Below, one piece after another: positions 1-5,488 of a stretch of DNA of 5,488 nucleotides. The translations under genes were made by a program, and so were the position numbers. Below the pieces are notes generated by a model that did no database searches, was not told the DNA's origin, and saw only the letters and a list, made by a program, of their open reading frames with translations. Every line of letters begins with the position of its first letter. The first letter of the stretch is position 1. The stretch is from Octopus sinensis (taxonomy: Eukaryota): NCBI RefSeq assembly GCF_006345805.1, contig NW_021830041.1, positions 1 through 5,488 on the forward strand. Direction: 5' to 3'.

Positions 1-1458
1 AAGAGAAATTACTGCAGTAAGTTTATGGAAAATGAGAAGAAGAGAAAGAAAAAGGAGAATTGTGATGAAGGAGAATGTCCTGGAATAAGTTTATGGAAAC
101 TGAGGAGAAGAGACAGAAAAAGGAGAAATGTGATCAAGGATAAAGTAGTGGAGTAAGTTAATGGAAAATGAGGAGAAGAGAAAGAAAAAGGAGAAATGTG
201 ATCAAGGAGAAAGTACTGGAGTAAGTTTATGGAAAATGAGGAGAAGAAAAAGAAAAAGGAGAAATGTGATCAAGGAGAAAGAACTGGAGTAAGTCTATGG
301 AAAATGAGGAGATGAGAAAGTAAAAGGAGAAATATGATCAAGGAGAAAGTCCTGGAGTAATTTTATGGAAAATGAGAAGAAGAGAAAGAAATGTGATCAA
401 GGAGAAATTACTGCAGTAAGTTTATGGAAAATGAGAAGAAGGGAAAGAAAAAGGAGAATTGTGATAAAGGAGAATGTCCTGGAATAAGTATATGGAAACT
501 GAGGAGAAGAGAAAGAAAAAGGAGAAATGTGATCAAGGATAAAGTACTGGAGTATGTTAATGGAAAATGAGGAGAAGAGAAAGAAAAAGGAGAAATGTGA
601 TCAAGGAGAAAGTACTGGAGTAAGTTTATGGAAAATGAGGAGAAGAGAAAGAAAAGGAGAAATGTGATCAAGGAGAAAGAACTGGAGTAAGTTTATGGAA
701 AATGAGGAGATGAGAAAGTAAAAGGAGAAATATGATCAAGGAGAATGTCCTGGAGTAATTATATGGAAAATGAGAAGAAGAGAAAGAAATGTGATCAAGG
801 AGAAATTACTGGAGTAAGTTTATGGAAAATGAGAAGAAGGGAAAGAAAAAGGAGAATTGTGATCAAGGAGAATGTCCTGGAATAAGTTTATGGAAACTGA
901 GGAGAAGAGAAAGAAAAAGGAGAAATGTGATCAAGGATAAAGTACTGGAGTAAGTTAATGGAAAATGAGGAGAAGACAAAGAAAAAGGAGAAATGTGATC
1001 AAGGAGAAAGTACTGGAGTAAGTTTATGGAAAATGAGAATAAGATAAAGAAAAAGGAGAAATGTGATCAAGGAGAAAGAACTGGAGTAAGTTTATGGAAA
1101 ATGAGGAGAAGAGAAAGAAAAAGGAAAATGTCATCAAGGAGAAAGTACTGGAGTAAGTTTATGGAAAATGAGGAGATGAGAAAGAAAAAGGAGAAATATG
1201 ATCAAGGAGAAAGTCCTGGAGTAATTATATGGAAAATGAGAAGAAGAGAAAGAAATGTGATCAAGGAGAAATTACTGGAGTTAGTTTATGGAAAATGAGA
1301 AGAAGGGAAAGAAAAAGGAGAATTGTGATCAAGGAATATGTCCTGGAATAGGTTTATGGAAACTGAGGAGAAGAGAAAGAAAAAGGAGAAATGTGATCAA
1401 GGATAAAGTACTGGAGTAAGTTAATGGAAAATGAGGAGAAGAGAAAGAAAAGGAGAAA
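1..1458. repeat. Higher-order repeat domain: 6-monomer unit (A-F) of about 399 bp, about 3.5 copies, third copy has 7 monomers
   Basis: Diagnostic monomers recur in order. A (tgtcctggaata...ggaaactgagg) starts at 61, 460, 858, 1324. B (aaggataaag...gttaatgg) starts at 129, 528, 926, 1392. E (tatgatc, gtcctgg, 59 bp long) starts at 333, 731, 1197. F (aaattactg...gagaat) is at 1-60 (partial), 392, 790, 1256. Periods are 399, 398 and 466 bp. Confidence 0.93.
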
Positions 1459-1659
1459 TGTGATCAAGGGAAAGTACTGGAGTAAGTTTATGGAAAATGA
1501 GGAGAAGAGAAAGAAAAGAGAAATGTGATCAAGGAGAAAGAACTGGAGTAATTTATGGAAAATGAGAATAGAGATAGAAGATAAAGTAGAAATGAGATCA
1601 AGGAGAAAGAATTGGAGTAAGTTTATGGAAAATGAGGAGAAGAGAAAGAAAAAGGAAAA

Positions 1660-2067
1660 TGTCATCAAGGAGAAAGAACTGGAGTAAGTTTATGGAAAAT
1701 GAGAATAAGAGAAAGAAAAAGGAGAACTGTGATCAAGGAGAAAGGACTGGAGTAAGTTCATGGAAAATAAGGAGAAGAGAAAGAAAAAGGAGAAATGTGA
1801 TCAAGGGGAAAGTACTGGAGTAAGTTTATGGAAACTGAGGAGAAGAGAAAGATAAAGGAGAAATGTGATCAAGGAGAAACTACTAGAGTAAGTATATGGA
1901 AAATGAAAAGAAGAGAAAGAAAAAGGATAAATGTGATCAAGTAGAAAGTGCTGGAGTAAGTTTCTGGAAAATGAAAAGAAGAGAAAGAAAAAGGTGAAAT
2001 GTGATCAAGGAGAAAGTATTGGAGTAAGGTTATGGAAAATGAGGAGAAGAGAAATATAAAGGAGAGA
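1660..2067. repeat. Six consecutive full-length 68-bp monomers with substitutions and no A-F HOR period
   Basis: Anchors at 1660, 1728, 1796, 1864, 1932, 2000 and 2068 are each exactly 68 bp apart. Variants such as tactagag, caagtag, tttctgg and ggtgaaa do not follow the A-F order. Confidence 0.85.
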
Positions 2068-5000
2068 TGTGATCAAGGAGAAAGTACTGGAGTAAGTTTA
2101 TGAAAAATGAGGAGAAGAGAAAAAAAGGAGAATTGTCATCAAGGAGAAAGTACTGTTAAGTTTTATGAACTGAAAAGAGAAAAAAAGGAGAATGTGATCA
2201 AGGAGAAAGTACTGGAGTAGTTTATGAAAATGAAAGAAGAGAAAAAAAGGAGAAATGTGATCAAGAGAATGTACTGGAGTAAGTTTATGAAAATGAAAGA
2301 AAAAGAAAAAGGAGAAATGTGATCAAGGAAAAGTACTGGAGTAAGTTTTCGTAAATGAGGAGAAGAGAAAGAAAAAGGAGAAATGTGATAAGGAGAAAGT
2401 ACTGGAGTACGTTTATGGAAAATATGAGAAAAGAAAGAAAAGGAGAAATGTGATCAAGGAGAAAGTACTGGAGTAAGTTTATGAAAATTAGGAGAAAAGA
2501 AGAAAAAGGAGAAATGTGATCAAGGAGAAAGTACTGGAGTAAGTTTATGAAAATGAGGAGATAAGAAAGAAAAAGGAGAAATGTGATCAAGGAAAAGTAC
2601 TGGAGTAAGTTTATGGAAAATGAAAATATAGAAAGAAAAAGGAGAATGTGATCAAGGAGAAAGTACTGGAGTAAGTTTATGAAAATGATGGATAAAGAGA
2701 AAAATGGAGAAGTGGATCAAGGAGAAAGTACTGGAGTATGTTTATGGAAAATGAGAAGAAAAGAAAGAAAAAGGAGAAATGTGATCTAGGAGAAAGTACT
2801 GGAGTAAGTTTATGAAAAAGAAACAGAAGAGAAAGAAAAAGGAGAAATGTGATCAAGGAGTAAGCACTGGAGTAAGTTTATGAAAGCTGAGGAGAAGAGA
2901 AAGAAAAAGGAGAAATGTGGTCAAGGAGAAAGTGCTGGAGTTAGTTTTTGGAAAATGAGGAGAAGAGAAAGAAAAAGGAGAAATGTGATCAAGGAGAAAG
3001 TACTGGAGTAAGTTTATTGAAAATGAGATATGAGAAAGAAAAGTAGAAATGTGATCAAGGAGAAAGTACTGGAGTAAGTTTATGAAAAATGAGGAGAAGA
3101 AAAGAAAAAAATGGAAATGTGATCAAGGAGAAAGTATTGAGTAGTTCTGGAAAATGATAGAAAAAGAAAATGAAGAAATGTGATCAAGGAGAAAGTACTG
3201 GACTAGGTTTATGGAAAATGAGAAGAAGAGAAAGTAAAAGAGAAATGTGATCAAGGAGAAAGTACTGGAGTATTTTATGGAAAATGAGAAGAAAAGAAAA
3301 AAAGAAGAAATGATCAAGAGAAAGAACTGGAGTAAGTTTTATAAAATGAGGAGAAGAGAAAATAAGGAGAATTGAGATCAAGGAGAAGTTACTGGAGTAG
3401 TTTTTATGGAAATGAGGAGAAGAGAAAGAAAAAGGAGAAATGTGATCAAGAGAAAGTACTGGAGTAAGTTTATGGAAATAGAATAGAGAAAGAAAAATAG
3501 AAATGTATCAAGAGAAAGTACTGGAGTAAGTTTATGAAAATGGGGAGAAGAGAAAGAAAAATAAGAAATGTGATCAAGGAGAAAGGACTGGAGTAAGTTT
3601 ATGGAAATGAGGAGAAGAGAATAAAAATGAAATGTGATCAAGGAGAATGTACTGGAGTAAGTTTAGGAAAATGAGGAGATGAGAAGAAAAAGGAGAAATG
3701 TGATCAAGGATAAAGTACTGGATAAGTTTATGTAAAATGAGGAGAGAGAAAGAAAAAGGAGAAATGTGATCAAGGAGAAAGTATTGGAGTAAGGTTATGG
3801 AAAATGAGGAGAAGAGAAATATAAAGGAGAGATGTGATCAAGGAGAAAGTGCTGGAGTAGGTTTATGGAAAATGAGGATATGAGAAGTAAAAAAGAGAAA
3901 TGTGATCAAGGATGAAGTACTAGAGTAAGTTTATGTAAAATGAGAAGAAGAGAAAGAAAAAGAAGGAATGTGATCAAGGGGAAAGTGCTGGAGTAAGTTT
4001 ATGGAAAATGAGGAGAATGAGAAAAAAGTAGAAATGTGATCAGGAGAAGTAATGGAGTAAGTTTATGGAAATGAGAAAAGAGAAAGAAAAAGGAGAAATG
4101 TGATCAAGGAGAAAGTACTGGAGTAAATTTATGAAAATGAGGAGAAGAGAAAGAAAAAGGACAATGTGATCAAGCAGAAATGTATTGGAGTAAGTTTATG
4201 AAAATGAAAGAAGAGAAGAAAAAGGAGAAATGTGATCAAGAAGAAATTACTGGAGTAAATTTATGACAAATGAGGAGAGAAAGAAAAGGGAGTAATGTGA
4301 TCAAGGAGAAAGTATTGGAGTAAGTTTATGAAAATGAGAAGAAGAGAAAGAAAAGATGAAATTTGATCAGCAGAAAGTACTGCGAGTAAATTTATGGAAA
4401 ATGATGATAAGAAAAAAAAGGAGAAATGTGATCAAGAGAAATCACTGGAGTAATTTATGAAAAATGAGGAGAAGAGAAAGAAAAGGAGAAATGTGATCAG
4501 TGAGACTTCTGGAGTAAGTTTATGGAAAATGAGAATAAGAGAAGAAAAAAGAAGAAATGTGATCAAGGAGAAAGTACTTAGTAAGTTTATGGAAATGAGG
4601 AGAAGAGAAAAAAGGAGAAATTGATCAAGGAAAAAGTACTGGATTTTATGGAAAATGAGGAGATGAAAAGAAAAGGAGAAATGTGATCAAGATAAAGTAC
4701 TGGAGTAAGTTTATGAAAAGAGAAGCACAGAAATAAAAATGAGAATTGTGATCAAGGAGAAAAGTACTGAGTAAGTTTATGAAAATGAGGAATGAGAAAG
4801 AAAAGGAGAAATGTGATCAAGGAGAATGGACTGGAGTAATTTATGAAAAATGAGGAAAAAGAAAGAAAAAGAAGAAATGTGATCAAGAGAAAGTACTGGA
4901 GTAATTTTATGGAAAATGAGGTAAGAGAAGAAAAAGGAGAAATGTGATCAAGGAGAAGTACTGGAGTAAGTTTATGGAAAATGAGAGAAGAGAAAGAAAA

Positions 5001-5488
5001 AGAAGAAATGTGATCAAGGAGAAGTACTGGAGTAAGTTTATGGAAAATGAGGTGAAAAGATAAAATGAGATTGTGATCAGGAGAAAGTACTGGAGTAAGT
5101 TTATGGAAAATGAGGAGAAGAGAAGAAAAAGGAGAAATGTGATTAAGGAGTAAGTACTGGAGTAAGTTTATGGAAAATGAGGAGAAGAGAAGGAAAAAGG
5201 TGAGATGTGTTCAAAGAGAAAGTGCTGGAGTAAGTTTATGAAAAATTAGGAGAAAAGAAAGAAAGAGGAGAAATGTGATCAAGGAGAAAGTACTGGAGTA
5301 AGTTTATGAAAAATGAGGAGAAGAGAAAGAAAAAGGCGAAATGTGATCAAGGAGAAAGTACTGGAGTAGTTTTATTAAAATGAGGAGAATAGATGAAAAA
5401 GGAGAATGTGATCAAGGAGAAGTACTGTATTAAGTTTATGGAAAATGAGGAGAAGAGAAAGAAAAAGAGAAATGTGATCAGGAGAAAG
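2068..5488. repeat. Indel-rich monomer domain of the same 68-bp family (true decay or uncorrected long-read error)
   Basis: 52 units lie between anchors 2068 and 5473, mean about 65.5 bp. Losses fall mostly in homopolymer and purine runs (ttatgaaaatg for ttatggaaaatg, caagag for caaggag, gaaaagg for gaaaaagg). Confidence 0.85.

Larger units (their letters stand above)
1..5488. repeat. 68-bp tandem repeat array (satellite/minisatellite), about 83 units, purine-rich on the + strand, truncated by both window edges
   Basis: The TGTGATCAAGG anchor (or a close variant) recurs at 61, 129, 197, 265, 333 (spacing 68) and on to 5473, 83 anchors by hand count. Consensus composition is A33 G22 T11 C2 (35% GC). 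No non-repeat sequence is present. Confidence 0.99.

Noticed and set aside
197-264. Multiple GGA/ANGGA motifs per unit, reminiscent of CsrB/RsmZ sponge RNAs
   Set aside because: Those RNAs present GGA in hairpin loops and are a few hundred nt or shorter with a terminator. This strand is 81% purine, can barely form stems, and extends over 5 kb.
1026-1823. Plus-strand ORFs 1026-1298 and 1632-1823 (K/R/E-rich), the first preceded by an SD-like GGAG-N7-ATG
   Set aside because: 68 is not a multiple of 3, so translation cycles through the frames of the same monomer and stops within about two units in the consensus. These ORFs are longer only because of chance indels. The GGAG-N7-ATG motif is part of every unit, and I see no frame preservation or recognisable domain.
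2777-2789. AAATGTGATC(TAG) resembles the left half of the E. coli CRP consensus site AAATGTGATCTAGATCACATTT
   Set aside because: The second half-site (TCACA) is never present, and there is no promoter or gene context or evidence of a bacterial source.
408-3641. Minus-strand F/L/S-rich ORFs resembling membrane or signal peptides (408-671, 1354-1668, 2285-2590, 3123-3317, 3184-3381, 3378-3641)
   Set aside because: The hydrophobicity follows directly from translating a T/C-rich strand. The peptides are frame-shifting permutations of one monomer, and several lie in the indel-rich region.
2481-5260. Shared variant ttaggagaaaagaa near 2488 and 5246 as evidence of a ~2.76-kb HOR
   Set aside because: Only about two shared differences, neighbouring monomers do not match, and the region is error-prone, so it is insufficient to call a period.
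1-5488. CRISPR array (period of about 66-68 bp, conserved part plus more variable part)
   Set aside because: The apparent spacers are all copies of the same purine tract rather than unique sequences. There is no repeat hairpin, leader or cas gene in the window.
1-5488. Human beta satellite (68-bp Sau3A family) or Trypanosoma brucei 70-bp repeats
   Set aside because: Only the unit length, and a GATC site for beta satellite, agree. From recall, beta satellite is more GC-balanced with many C on both strands, and the trypanosome repeats contain TAA triplet runs and GT-rich tracts that are absent here. No database search was run.

Overview
The whole 5488-bp window is one head-to-tail tandem array (satellite/minisatellite) that runs off both edges. 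The monomer is 68 bp, consensus TGTGATCAAGGAGAAAGTACTGGAGTAAGTTTATGGAAAATGAGGAGAAGAGAAAGAAAAAGGAGAAA. By hand count there are about 82 complete units plus partial units at each end. The + strand is about 81% purine, with only 2 C per consensus unit. Positions 1-~1460 form a higher-order repeat (HOR) of 6 monomers (399/398 bp) with one 7-monomer variant. Positions ~1460-2067 are mostly full-length monomers without that period. Positions ~2068-5488 are rich in small deletions (mean unit about 65.5 bp), interrupted by three islands of full-length units, a pattern suggesting partly polished long-read error. I find no credible gene, RNA gene, CRISPR array or mobile element, and the listed ORFs are by-products of the repeat. 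I do not recognise the repeat family or organism, and the sequence alone does not support a novel functional system.
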